A stretch of 23,038 nucleotides of DNA from Myxococcales bacterium (GTDB lineage: Bacteria; Myxococcota_A; Polyangia; Haliangiales; Haliangiaceae). The notes beneath the pieces are model-generated. The model saw only the letters and a program-made list of their open reading frames with translations. It did no database searches and was not told where the DNA came from. The first letter of the stretch is position 1. Each line of letters begins with the position of its first letter. Positions 7,613 to 16,282 of the stretch are shown piece by piece. The stretch is from NCBI GenBank assembly GCA_016708565.1, contig JADJFN010000037.1, forward strand, positions 128,001 to 151,038, written 5' to 3'. Both the position numbers and the translations under genes were made by a program.

Positions 7613-9619
7613 TCACGGATCGAGCGTGAGCGTGCCGAACCCGCTGGGCGCGTGGAAGTTGGGCTTGGCGGTGCGACCCGGGAACGCCATCAGGTAGCGG
7701 CGCGGCTTGCCGCCCTCCATGCGGTCGAGGCCGAGCGGCAGCACCGCGCCGGCGGTCAGCGCCGCGATCAGCTCGGGGGCGGCGATCGTGAACTCGATCG
7801 TGGCGGTGCCGGCGGCGGCGTCGCGGGTGGTGCCGATCGTCAGCGCGCCGGACCACGCGGTGTCCTCCTTCTTGACGCCGGGGCGGCCGCTGCGATCGAC
7901 CGCGATGTCGAACCAGTGGCCGAACGGGCCCACCTCGATCTCGAAGTAGCGCCGCGGCACCGCGGGATCGGGCGCGATGAACACCTCGACGCAGTCCTCC
8001 TGGTACAGGCCCACGCGCTCGACGTCGGTGGGGCGGCTGGTGTCGACCTTGAGCCCGGTGCCCTCGACCTGCCACAGCACGTGCAGGCCGCGGCTCGACC
8101 ACAGGAAGCGCACCGTCGACGCGTGCGGCGTCTTGGCGCCCATCCAGTCGGTGGCGAAGCGGTGGGCCGGGGCGCGATCCCAGATCGGCTCGATCGCGCC
8201 GTCCATCGCCGGCACCTCGGCGTCGTCGACGCGGGCGGCGTGGACCTGGCGATCCTCGGCGGCGGCGACGTCGTCGACGACGAAGTCGCCCATCGCGTAC
8301 AGCCGCGCCGGTCGCCGCTGCGCCAGCAAGCCCGCGCCGTCGCCGGTGACCGGCGGATCGGCGAGGTCGATCCCGAACCGCGCGGCCGCGACCTCGAGCA
8401 GCGGCGAGGTGCGATGGCCGCCCAGCTCGGCGGCGAGGCCGGCGTGATCCCACAGCCCCAGGAGCTGCGCGCCGACGCGATCGACCAGCACCGGGTTGGT
8501 GCCGCCGACGGCCATCGCCTCGGCCGACGGGAACAGCACCTGGAAGCCGTCGCCGCTCATCGCCGGCGCGCCCTCGGCGAGGATCACGTGCGGGGTCTCG
8601 ACCTCGAACACGTCGACCATGCGCTCGGCGAACTTCTCGAGCGCGGCGACGTAGACCTTGCGCGCGCGGGGGTCGCCCTTCTTCACCAGGTCGATCGCGG
8701 CGCCGACCTCCTTGTGGGTGCGCCACTTCTGGCGGTAGGCCGGCGCGGCGTCGCTGTACATCGCGGCGCCCTGCAGCGACTTGATCGCGATCGAGAACAC
8801 CGCGAACCGGTGCGCCTTGAGCTTGGGCAGCGAGATGAACAGGCCGTGATCGAGGTGCGCGGCGACGATCTTCGGGATCAGCAGCGTGGGCACGTGGGTG
8901 CCCGCCATGCCCGACAGCCCCAGCGGCTTGCCCGGCTGATCGCCCTCGACGTCGAACGTGCCGTCGTCGTCGAGCGCCACCAGCGGCACGCCCTCGTCGG
9001 CGCACATCTTGGCGTAGCCCGAGACGTCGATCAGCCGGTCCCAGTCCTTGGGCTGGCCGCCGAAGCCGTCGGCGACGGTGATCGCGGTGTGGCCGCGGGC
9101 CTTGAGGCAGCGGATCACGCCGCGCACGAACTCGGGATCGGTGGTGCGGCCGGCGACGCCGTTGTCGCCGCCGTTGCTCTTGGGGTTCTTGAACCAGTCG
9201 AAGCCGCTCATGTTGGGCTTGAGCAAGACCGGCGTGGCGGGCGGCCGCTTGGGCACGACCGCCTCGCACAGCCGCTGGCCCAGCTCGCGCGCGGTGCCGC
9301 CCTGCAGGATCGTCACCGGCGAGCGATCGGCGGCCAGCCGCGCGCGGTTGGCCTCGCGCAGCGCCGCGCCGTCGACGGTGTCGCCGACGACCACCGGCGG
9401 CCCGGCCTGCCACGCCGGCGACGCGCCGGTCGTGGTGTCGACCGCTGGCACCGCGGCCACCGCGGCGTCGGCGCTGGCCGTCGGGCGCGCGTCGAGCGGC
9501 GGCGCCACCGCGAGCGCGGCGTCGGCGTTGGCCGGCGGCGCGGTGGGCTTCGGCGCGTCGCCCTTGCCGCAGGCGGCGGTGGCGATCGTCGCGAGGGCGA
9601 GGCGGGTCCACGGGCGCAT
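7613..9619 (-). CDS. Lipoprotein with an N-terminal DUF362 domain and a C-terminal carbohydrate-binding-module-family-9-like (CBM9/DOMON-like) domain.
   Basis: The real start is the internal ATG at about 9617-9619 ('MRPWTRLALATIATAACGKG', a lipoprotein signal). The ORF-track N-terminal 170 aa overlap hpf on the opposite strand and are spurious. A DUF362-type block ('LLKPNMSGFDWFKNP...TAITVADGFGG') is followed by a CBM9-like block ('VRFLWSSRGLHVLWQVEG...YFEIEVGPFGHWFDIAV'). Confidence 0.65.
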   Translation of the reverse strand: MRPWTRLALATIATAACGKGDAPKPTAPPANADAALAVAPPLDARPTASADAAVAAVPAVDTTTGASPAWQAGPPVVVGDTVDGAALREANRARLAADRSPVTILQGGTARELGQRLCEAVVPKRPPATPVLLKPNMSGFDWFKNPKSNGGDNGVAGRTTDPEFVRGVIRCLKARGHTAITVADGFGGQPKDWDRLIDVSGYAKMCADEGVPLVALDDDGTFDVEGDQPGKPLGLSGMAGTHVPTLLIPKIVAAHLDHGLFISLPKLKAHRFAVFSIAIKSLQGAAMYSDAAPAYRQKWRTHKEVGAAIDLVKKGDPRARKVYVAALEKFAERMVDVFEVETPHVILAEGAPAMSGDGFQVLFPSAEAMAVGGTNPVLVDRVGAQLLGLWDHAGLAAELGGHRTSPLLEVAAARFGIDLADPPVTGDGAGLLAQRRPARLYAMGDFVVDDVAAAEDRQVHAARVDDAEVPAMDGAIEPIWDRAPAHRFATDWMGAKTPHASTVRFLWSSRGLHVLWQVEGTGLKVDTSRPTDVERVGLYQEDCVEVFIAPDPAVPRRYFEIEVGPFGHWFDIAVDRSGRPGVKKEDTAWSGALTIGTTRDAAAGTATIEFTIAAPELIAALTAGAVLPLGLDRMEGGKPRRYLMAFPGRTAKPNFHAPSGFGTLTLDP

Positions 9620-9793
9620 GGTGCGAGCTTCGACGGCGCGCGTCCGCGAGGCAAGGCGCGCGCGCGTGCCGATCTGGCACTGGCCGCGCCGCTTTGGCGC
9701 TCCGCGGCTCGAGACGGGGGACTGCCCGATCGCCGCGCGGTATCGCGATGTTCGGCCCTTGCGGGTGGGATGGCACGGCCCCACGGTGGAGGC

Positions 9794-10150
9794 ATGCCAA
9801 TCGAGGTCACGTTCCGTGGAATGGAGCCCTCCGAGTTCGTCGCTGCCCGCGCCCGTGAGTCCGCGGAGCAGCTCCTGGCCGGCGCGCCGGAGAGCGTCGG
9901 TTGCCGCGTCGTGATCGAGACCCCGCCCGGGCACCACAGCCACGGCCAACCGTTCCACGTCCGTGTCCACCTGATGGTGCCCGGTGACGACATCATCGTC
10001 GATCGCGATCCCGGCCGCGGCCCGCAGGCGCACGACGACGTCTACGTCGCACTCGCCGACGCGTTCCAGGTCGCGCGGCGCCGCGCCGATGAGCTCGGCC
10101 GCAAGCGCCGAGAGGCGCGCCGCCGCCACGACGTCGCTGCGTCGGAGTAG
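9794..10150 (+). CDS. hpf: Ribosome hibernation-promoting factor, short form (HPF/RaiA/YfiA, ribosomal S30AE family).
   Basis: 'MPIEVTFRGMEPSEFVAARARESAEQL...VRVHLMVPG...HDDVYVALADAFQVARRRADELGRKR' matches the S30AE beta-alpha-beta-beta-beta-alpha pattern, including the C-terminal 'DMYAAID..KLERQL' helix. GGAGG sits just upstream of the ATG. An alternative start at 9770 is possible. Confidence 0.72.
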   Translation: MPIEVTFRGMEPSEFVAARARESAEQLLAGAPESVGCRVVIETPPGHHSHGQPFHVRVHLMVPGDDIIVDRDPGRGPQAHDDVYVALADAFQVARRRADELGRKRREARRRHDVAASE

Positions 10151-10168
10151 CGTGGGCGCCCCGCGCTA
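10148..10168. terminator. Near-perfect 21-nt palindrome (tagcgtgggcgccccgcgcta) spanning both the hpf stop and the convergent minus-gene stop. Candidate bidirectional terminator hairpin.
   Basis: 9-bp stem (one G-T wobble) with a 3-nt loop, read directly. No U-tract, as is common in high-GC genomes. Confidence 0.4.
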
Positions 10169-10942
10169 GCGGCGATCCGCGGTGAAGCCGGTCGTGAACT
10201 TGATGCTGGCGCTGGCCACCAGCGCCTCGAGCTGGCCGTCCATGTTCGGGTCGCCGGCCCACAGGCAGCCGCCGGCGTAGCCGATCGTCACCAGGCCGGC
10301 GTCCATCGCGACCGCGCTCCAGTCGCCGGCGTCGGCCGTGCCCTCGGTGCGCAGCGACGCGTCGGCCACCGACCAGCCGAGCACGGCGCAGTTGAAGCCG
10401 TTGGTCGCGATGCCGGCGCCGAGGTACAGCCGGAACGTCTCGCCGGTCTCGCCGATCACGCCGAAGGTCTCGCGGTTCTCGGTGACGACGTCGCCGGTGC
10501 ACACGTCCTGGCAGTCCGGGTTGTTGGTGCCGGCGCCGCAGGTGCCGGCGGCCGGCCGCTCGAGCGCGCCGGTGCAGCGCTGGGTCGGCAGCGTCACGTA
10601 CATGCGATGCTCGAAGCCCGCGTCGCGCTGCTCGGCCAGCACCGACGCCGGCCACGCCTCGCTCGGGCACAGCACCTCGGGGCGGCCGCAGTCGAGGTTG
10701 AAGCGGAACGGCCGGCCCTCGTGCGTGATGTCGATGACCCCGCCCTGCGCGCCGAGCTCACGCGTGTACACCGCCGCGCCGATCTTCACCTCCACCCCGA
10801 TCGTGTCGTCGTACGTCACGTCCCACCAGCCGTTCACGTCCGGCGCCGGCGACTTCGAGTTCGCCGCGCACCCGTCGCCCTTCGCGCCGCCGAGCAGAGG
10901 GAGAGCCAGGACCAGGATCGCCGAGAGCTGGATGTTGCGCAT
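10166..10942 (-). CDS. Secreted Cys-rich hypothetical protein.
   Basis: Likely start at 'MRNIQLSAILVLALPLLGGAKG', a Sec signal. It has 12 or more Cys in the mature part and high GC3. A GGGGTGGGGC SD-like element lies upstream. Confidence 0.62.
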   Translation of the reverse strand: MRNIQLSAILVLALPLLGGAKGDGCAANSKSPAPDVNGWWDVTYDDTIGVEVKIGAAVYTRELGAQGGVIDITHEGRPFRFNLDCGRPEVLCPSEAWPASVLAEQRDAGFEHRMYVTLPTQRCTGALERPAAGTCGAGTNNPDCQDVCTGDVVTENRETFGVIGETGETFRLYLGAGIATNGFNCAVLGWSVADASLRTEGTADAGDWSAVAMDAGLVTIGYAGGCLWAGDPNMDGQLEALVASASIKFTTGFTADRR

Positions 10943-11033
10943 GCCCCACCCCATCGCAACCCGCGTTCCACCCCCGATCGCCAACGCCCGTTCACGCTTC
11001 ACATGGGGACAGGATCTACCCATCTACGCTGTT

Positions 11034-11045
11034 GATATTGTGGGA
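11034..11045 (+). promoter_or_regulatory. Direct repeat copy 1, GATATTGTGGGA. Candidate operator or promoter element upstream of the 10942 minus-strand gene.
   Basis: Exact 12-mer repeated 79 bp away (11113-11124). Lies in an AT-rich (~50% GC) intergenic island. Confidence 0.4.
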
Positions 11046-11112
11046 CTTCTTAGCCCTCTTGCGTCGCAAAAGGGGACACCTTCTACGGGGGCAAGGATTT
11101 GAAATCGCTTAG

Positions 11113-11124
11113 GATATTGTGGGA
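11113..11124 (+). promoter_or_regulatory. Direct repeat copy 2, GATATTGTGGGA.
   Basis: Identical 12-mer. The flanks also share CGCT...ACT. Confidence 0.4.
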
Positions 11125-11257
11125 ACTCGACTTGAGGCGAAACCCGACAGCGTCTCAAATGTCGTCAGCGAGGCGATTCCACAAGCGATTCTAACGGCTT
11201 ACGACCCAGGAATGTGTCCCTTTCTGCGACACACGAGCCCGGAAAACCGTTTAGATA

Positions 11258-11626
11258 TCAGTGATCTGGATGGGGGGATCCTGTCCCCAGCCAGCGGTCG
11301 AGGCAGTGCTCGGCGGCCTCGAGGAGCGCCTGGGCGGCGGCCTGCTCGGCGGGGGTGGGCGTGGCGGCGCGGACGACGTCGGGGTGGTCGAGGCCCCACT
11401 GGACGGCGAGGGCGGCGGCCTCGTCGGCGCACGCGGCGTCGGTGCAGGCGCAGGCCTGGTCGCGCTGGGCGGCGAGGGCGGCGAGGAGGGCGGCGGTGGC
11501 GGGATCGGGCGGCGGCGCGTCGACGGCGGCGTCGATGGGCGGCGGCGGCGGGACCGGGCGATCGGCGGGAGGTGGGGCGCCGCAGGCGGCCAGGCAGAGC
11601 AGGGCCAGCGCGGCGCGGGCGATCAC
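11258..11626 (-). CDS. Small Cys-rich lipoprotein, translationally coupled to frr.
   Basis: GTG start overlapping the frr TGA (GTGA). 'VIARAALALLCLAACGAPP' is a lipobox LAAC. Six Cys in 'QACACTDAACADE...EHCLDRW'. GGAG lies 10 nt upstream. Confidence 0.6.
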   Translation of the reverse strand: MIARAALALLCLAACGAPPPADRPVPPPPPIDAAVDAPPPDPATAALLAALAAQRDQACACTDAACADEAAALAVQWGLDHPDVVRAATPTPAEQAAAQALLEAAEHCLDRWLGTGSPHPDH

Positions 11627-12180
11627 AGCTCGGTGATCTCCTTCTCCTTGCCCTTCTCGAGCTCGTCGATCGAGGCGACGTAGCGATCGGTGAGGTCCTG
11701 GACCTTCTTCTCGCCGTTCTTCTTCTCGTCCTCGGTGATCGCCTTGTCCTTCTCGGCGTCCTTGAGCATGTCCATCGCGTCGCGGCGCGCCGCGCGCACG
11801 GCCACCTTGGCGTCCTCGGAGGTCTTCTTGATGCCCTTGACCAGGTCGCGGCGGCGCTCGGCGGTGAGCGGCGGGATCGGCACGCGCACCAGGTCGTTGT
11901 CGGCCACCGGGTTGAGGCCCAGGTCGGCGGCGCGGATCGCCTTGTCGATCGCCGGGACCATCGACTTCTCCCACGGCTTCACCGACAGCATGCGGGCGTC
12001 GACCACGGTCACCGTCGACACCTGGTTCACCGGCGTCGGCGTGCCGTAGTAGTCGACGCGCACGCCGTCGAGCATCGCCGGCGACGCGCGCCCGGTGCGC
12101 ACCTTGGCCAGCTCGCGCTTGAAGGCCTCGACGGCCTTCTTCATCCCGTCTTCCGCTTCGGTCGTGATGTCGTTCAGCAT
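11623..12180 (-). CDS. frr: Ribosome recycling factor.
   Basis: 185 aa, a clear RRF (e.g. 'DGVRVDYYGTPTPVNQVSTVTV...RVPIPPLTAERRRDLVK'). An AAGAGGAA SD lies upstream. Confidence 0.95.
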   Translation of the reverse strand: MLNDITTEAEDGMKKAVEAFKRELAKVRTGRASPAMLDGVRVDYYGTPTPVNQVSTVTVVDARMLSVKPWEKSMVPAIDKAIRAADLGLNPVADNDLVRVPIPPLTAERRRDLVKGIKKTSEDAKVAVRAARRDAMDMLKDAEKDKAITEDEKKNGEKKVQDLTDRYVASIDELEKGKEKEITEL

Positions 12181-12195
12181 GGTTCCTCTTGGACT

Positions 12196-12945
12196 CTACG
12201 CGAAACGCGAGCCTTCGTTGTCCTTGACGATGCGGGTGCCCACGTCCTCGCCGCACACCACCCGCTGGATGTTCCCGGCCTTGGTCATGTCGAACACGTT
12301 CATCGGCAGCTCGTTGTCGCGGCACAGCGCGAACGCGGTGGCGTCCATGACGCCGAGGTCCTGCTTGAGCGCGTCGGTGAACGTCACCTGCGCGTAGCGC
12401 CGCGCGTCGGCGTGCTTGCGCGGGTCCTTGTCGTAGACGCCGTCGACCTTGGTCGCCTTGAGCAAGATCTCGGCGCCGATCTCCATCGCCCGCAGCGCCG
12501 CGGCGGTGTCGGTGGTGAAGAACGGGTTGCCGGTGCCGGCGCCGAAGATCACGACGCGGCCCTTCTCGAGGTGGCGCATCGCGCGCCGCCGGATGTACGG
12601 CTCGGCCAGCTGCGACATCGGGATCGCCGACTGCACCCGCGTGGTCACGCCGGCGCGCTCGATCGCGTCCTGCAGCGACACCGCGTTCATCACCGTCGCC
12701 AGCATGCCGACGTAGTCGGCCGACGCCCGGTCCATGCCCTTGCTCGACTCGGTGAGCCCGCGGAAGATGTTGCCGCCGCCGACCACGACCGCCAGCTCGA
12801 CGCCGAGCTTCGCGGTCTCGGCGACCTCGGACGCGATGGTGCGGATGGTCTCGGGCGAGATCCCGTAGCCCTGGTTGCCCATCAGCGCCTCGCCCGACAG
12901 CTTGAGGAGCACCCGTTTGTACGCTGGTCGCGGCGCGGCGGTCAT
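12196..12945 (-). CDS. pyrH: UMP kinase.
   Basis: '[13 protein letters not shown]...[11 protein letters not shown]...[19 protein letters not shown]' is canonical PyrH. The true start is the internal ATG at 12943-12945, which aligns with the E. coli PyrH N-terminus. The ORF-track upstream extension is spurious. Confidence 0.95.
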   Translation of the reverse strand: MTAAPRPAYKRVLLKLSGEALMGNQGYGISPETIRTIASEVAETAKLGVELAVVVGGGNIFRGLTESSKGMDRASADYVGMLATVMNAVSLQDAIERAGVTTRVQSAIPMSQLAEPYIRRRAMRHLEKGRVVIFGAGTGNPFFTTDTAAALRAMEIGAEILLKATKVDGVYDKDPRKHADARRYAQVTFTDALKQDLGVMDATAFALCRDNELPMNVFDMTKAGNIQRVVCGEDVGTRIVKDNEGSRFA

Positions 12946-13018
12946 GTGCGCGGGAACGTACAGGCGCGCCGGGCGTTTGGCCAGGGCTCGCCGGGCACCC
13001 GGTGGTACGCTGGCTTGG

Positions 13019-13405
13019 ATGCAGGAACCCCGCGACACGATCGTCGATCCCCAGATCCGGCGTGAGGTCGAGCCGCCGCGCCCCGACGCGCGGCGCCCCG
13101 TGCTGTTGATCGCGATCGTCGTGACCGCGGCCCTCGCGGGCGCGGCGGCCATGGCCCTGATCCGCGGTCCCCGGGCCGCGCCGCCGCCGCCGCCGCGCGC
13201 GGTGGCCCCGCCGGCCGCGGTCGCCCCCGTCGCCCCGGTCGCGCCGGTGCCGCCGGCGCCGGCTCCTGTGGTCGCGCCGGTCGCGCCGGTCGCGCCGACC
13301 GCGCTGCCCACCTCCCACGCGGGGGGGCCCTGCGTCGACTACCACCAGAAGGGCCTCAGCGAGGATCAGCCGCGCCGCGTCGACTGCCTCGACGGCCCGC
13401 GCTAG
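13019..13405 (+). CDS. Single-pass membrane-anchored protein with an (APV)n Pro/Ala/Val-rich linker and a small C-terminal Cys-pair module.
   Basis: ATG at 13019. Very high GC3. TM segment '[22 protein letters not shown]'. The C-terminus is '[19 protein letters not shown]'. Divergent from pyrH. Confidence 0.55.
   Translation: MQEPRDTIVDPQIRREVEPPRPDARRPVLLIAIVVTAALAGAAAMALIRGPRAAPPPPPRAVAPPAAVAPVAPVAPVPPAPAPVVAPVAPVAPTALPTSHAGGPCVDYHQKGLSEDQPRRVDCLDGPR
13271..13297. repeat. 3 x 9-bp tandem repeat (gtcgcgccg) encoding VAP repeats, flanked by degenerate copies.
   Basis: Read directly in the sequence. Confidence 0.7.
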
Positions 13406-13436
13406 CCGCGCGAGCATCCCGGGCGACGCGCTCCGG

Positions 13437-14708
13437 TCAGCGCGCGACCCGCGCGGTCAGCGCCACCAGCACCTGGCCGCCGACCGCGGCTCGCGGGGCG
13501 CGATCGCCGTCGAGCCGCGCGTACGGCGACAGCCCGAACTCGCCGTAGACGTCGGCGCGCACGACGTCGGACAGCGGGTGGCCGAACGACGCGGACACGC
13601 CCACCGCGCGGTCGGCGTAGGTGCCGGCGTCGCGGGTCCAGGTGCGGGTGCGGGTGGCGAACGGCGCCAGCGCGAAGCTGCCGGCACCGAGCGTGCCGTC
13701 GAAGCGCGCGCTCACGCGGTCCTCGGCGGCGACGTTGCCGTCGAACGTCGGGAAGACGCTGCGCGCGACCGCGGCGCTGGCCCACAACTCCCCGGTGCGC
13801 ACGCCGACCGCCAGCCCGCCGACCGGGATCGTCAGCTCGGGCAGGCCTTCGCCGTCGATGGTCTCGGTCCACTCGTCGACCACCTCGCCGTCGACCGTGG
13901 TCTGGCTCGACGCGGTCATCTGGCCGCCGGTGAAGCCCCAGCCGCCGTGCGCCGCGGCGTACCAGCCGTCGCGATCGATCCGCGCGCGCAGCGGCAGCAG
14001 CGTGAACGCGGTGCCGCCGCGGTCGTCGTCGCCGACCTTGAGCCCGGCGCCCTCGATGACCAGCGCCTCGACCTTGGCGTCGGTGGCGCGGCCGGCGTAG
14101 TGGTACCAGTAGGTCGACATGTCGATCTCGAGCTGCGCGCTCCGGCCGTCGCCGGTGTCGTCGTGCTGCGTGACCACGCCGTGGCCGATCGTCATCATGA
14201 CGAACGCGTGGCGGTGCGGGGTGTCGCCCTTCCACAGCTCGCCGCCGCCGACCGTGACCCGCTCGGTCGAGCCGTCGTAGCGCCGCCGCCACAGCGACCG
14301 CCGACCGTCGAGCGCCGGCGCGACGCCGAGCTCGTGGACGCCGGTGATCTCGAACGTCAGCCCGACCCGCGACAGGCAGAAGCTCCACTGCGCGCTGCCG
14401 ACCGCGCGCTGCGCCGCCAGCGGCCGCAGCCGACCTTGCACCGCGCCGCTGACGATGTCGCAGCCGATGCCCGACACCGCCGCCGCGGCGCCGACGCCGA
14501 CGTCGGGGCCGCTCCCGGTGCCGGCGGTGACCTGGGCGAAGGCCGCGCCGTGCCAGTAAGGGCCAGTGGCCTCGTCCGACAGCAGGTCGCGCCGCGGCGC
14601 CAGGTCGAGCTGCGCCGCGCCGACCGCCAGATCGGCTGGCTGGGCGTTCGCCACGCCGGTCAGCAGGGCGAGGATCCCGAGCGCGACGAGGCGGTCCATG
14701 TCCGCCAC
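13437..14708 (-). CDS. Secreted hypothetical protein with a Sec signal peptide. Gly/Thr/Asp-rich and beta-rich, possibly outer-membrane or surface.
   Basis: 'MADMDRLVALGILALLTGVANAQP' is a signal peptide. 423 aa, high GC3. The start is ATG 14708 or 14699. Confidence 0.62.
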   Translation of the reverse strand: MADMDRLVALGILALLTGVANAQPADLAVGAAQLDLAPRRDLLSDEATGPYWHGAAFAQVTAGTGSGPDVGVGAAAAVSGIGCDIVSGAVQGRLRPLAAQRAVGSAQWSFCLSRVGLTFEITGVHELGVAPALDGRRSLWRRRYDGSTERVTVGGGELWKGDTPHRHAFVMMTIGHGVVTQHDDTGDGRSAQLEIDMSTYWYHYAGRATDAKVEALVIEGAGLKVGDDDRGGTAFTLLPLRARIDRDGWYAAAHGGWGFTGGQMTASSQTTVDGEVVDEWTETIDGEGLPELTIPVGGLAVGVRTGELWASAAVARSVFPTFDGNVAAEDRVSARFDGTLGAGSFALAPFATRTRTWTRDAGTYADRAVGVSASFGHPLSDVVRADVYGEFGLSPYARLDGDRAPRAAVGGQVLVALTARVAR

Positions 14709-14885
14709 TGGTGCAACGGTCGGTCCAGTGCGCAGGATGTCGAGATGGTTGAGGTTGGTGGCGGGATCCGTCCAGGATCGAACGGTGGTCGACCAGCCGA
14801 TCCGTCAGGTTGAGGACGGGTGCCGCGTCTGGGACGCCGTGCGGGGCCTGGGCTTGGTGGCCTCGGCCTTGCTGTACCAGCGGGC

Positions 14886-16240
14886 ATGAAGCGCCTCCTG
14901 GTGATCGCTGGGTTCGTGGTCGCGGCCGGCACCTCCACGGCCACCGCACAGCCGTGCGATCCCGGGGGCGAGCTGGTCGAGGTGACCGAGTACAGCGGCC
15001 GACAGCACTACCACCTCGCGCTGGCCGCCGGCGCGGGCGAGGCGCTGGTGGGCTGGGCGCCCGAGGGGCCCAACGGTGACGTGCCGCGCGAGTTCACGAT
15101 GAGCCGGGTGGCCGCGGACGGATCGACGTCGTCGATCCGCGTGCCGTTCCTCGGCCACGCTGCGATCGTCGGGACCCCGCCGATGACCAGCAGCGGCACC
15201 ACCGCGATGCACACGTGGGGCGTGGGGGCGTCGGCGTGATGCTGCGCGAGCCCGACGGCGCGGAGCGCGCCCCGATCCACCTCGACGACTACCGCAGCTA
15301 CGGCGACAGCGTCGTCCGCGCGCGCTTCGACGGCACGCACTTCGTCGTGACCTGGGTCGCCGGCCCGCCCGAGGCCAGCGTCCTCAAGGCGGTGCGCTTC
15401 GACCCCGACGGCGTCCAGCTCGACGCCACGCCGCTCGTGCTCGGCCCGGCGTTCGCGTACAAGCCGTGGGCCGCGTCGACGCGCATCGGCGACGTCACCT
15501 GGGTGATGTGGTCGACGTTCACGTCGTCGGACGCCGAGTTCGTCAGCGGCACGAACCCCGATCTGGTCGGCGTCCGCATCGCCGACGACGGCCGGCTCCT
15601 CGACGCGACGCCGGTAGTGCTGGTCCCGGGCGCGCGCGGCGTCGCGCTGGCCGCCAACGGCGACACCGCGCTGCTGCTGGTGATGGCCCCGGACGGCGGC
15701 TTCGACATGTCGACGATCGATCGCGACGGTGTCGTCACGCCGGGCGGCCACCTGGCGCTCGCCGACGATGAGTTCTTGCTCGAGCTGCTGGCGGCCCCGG
15801 GCGGCGACGGCTTCACGGCGTGGACCACGCACCCCGTTAACACCGGCACGCCGATCCACGCCGAGGACGAGGTCGCGGCCCGCACGATCAGCCGGACCGG
15901 CGTGGCCGCCGCGGCGCCGAGCCTGACGCTGGCCGGCCAGGCGTGGGCGATCTCCACCGACGGCCGCGACTACCTGCTGCTCGCCGTCGAGGAGACCGTC
16001 GCCGGGGCCACCGGCGAGGAGCGCCTGACCCTCCGGCGGTTCCGCGGCGGGACGTTCACGCCGGTCACCGTCGGGACGACGCTCGTCGCCGCGCCGCTCA
16101 CGCTCACCACCACGCAGTTCTGCAGCGGGCCCTACGAGCCGAACGACGGCTGCCAGGCGGGCGGCCCCGCGGGCGCGGGGACGATGGGGCTGATCGGGCT
16201 GGGCCTGCTCGCGCTCTGCCGCCGCCCGCGGCGCCGCTAG
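14886..16240 (+). CDS. Secreted repeat (beta-propeller-like) protein with an N-terminal signal peptide and a C-terminal MYXO-CTERM sorting tail. It is interrupted by an apparent +/-1 frameshift at about 15190-15236 (G4/G5 runs).
   Basis: Signal 'MKRLLVIAGFVVAAGTSTATAQP' in frame 0, stop at 15239. The frame-2 ORF from 15215 continues the same repeat pattern and ends in 'CQAGGPAGAGTMGLIGLGLLALCRRPRRR' (MYXO-CTERM-like). Both segments have high GC3. The second segment has no signal peptide of its own. Confidence 0.6.
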
Positions 16241-16256
16241 CCGCCCCGAAACGACG

Positions 16257-16282
16257 ACGGGCCCGCCTCGCGGCGAGCCCGT
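16257..16282. terminator. GC-rich hairpin (11-bp stem with 1 mismatch, 4-nt loop) between the convergent MYXO-CTERM gene and tsf. Candidate bidirectional terminator.
   Basis: acgggcccgcc-tcgc-ggcgagcccgt, read directly. It lies 17 nt after the plus-gene stop and 24 nt after the tsf stop. Confidence 0.45.

Noticed and set aside
9675-9690. sigma54-type -24/-12 element (TGGCAC-N5-GCGCC) 114 nt upstream of hpf, which would fit hpf's historical link to rpoN
   Set aside because: Only the GG and GC dinucleotides match at the correct spacing, and the TTGC -12 core is absent. This is too weak to call in GC-rich DNA.
7604-9793. N-terminal about 730 aa of the 848-aa plus-strand ORF 7604-10150, and the 743-aa ORF 7569-9800 on the minus strand
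   Set aside because: Only the last 118 codons (9794-10150) look like a real protein (HPF). The rest is Arg/Gly/Ala-rich shadow sequence opposite the DUF362 gene. The 7569-9800 frame has no motif support compared with the 7613-9619 frame.
11060-11230. tRNA or tmRNA search in the AT-rich island
   Set aside because: No T-loop (GTTCRANYC) or acceptor-stem pattern was found. Only the generic inverted repeat reported above.
11119-13065. 648-aa plus-strand ORF starting in the AT-rich island
   Set aside because: The first about 60 codons have low GC3 (AT-rich third positions), unlike any real gene here. The remainder is antisense to frr, pyrH and the lipoprotein. Treated as non-coding or spurious.
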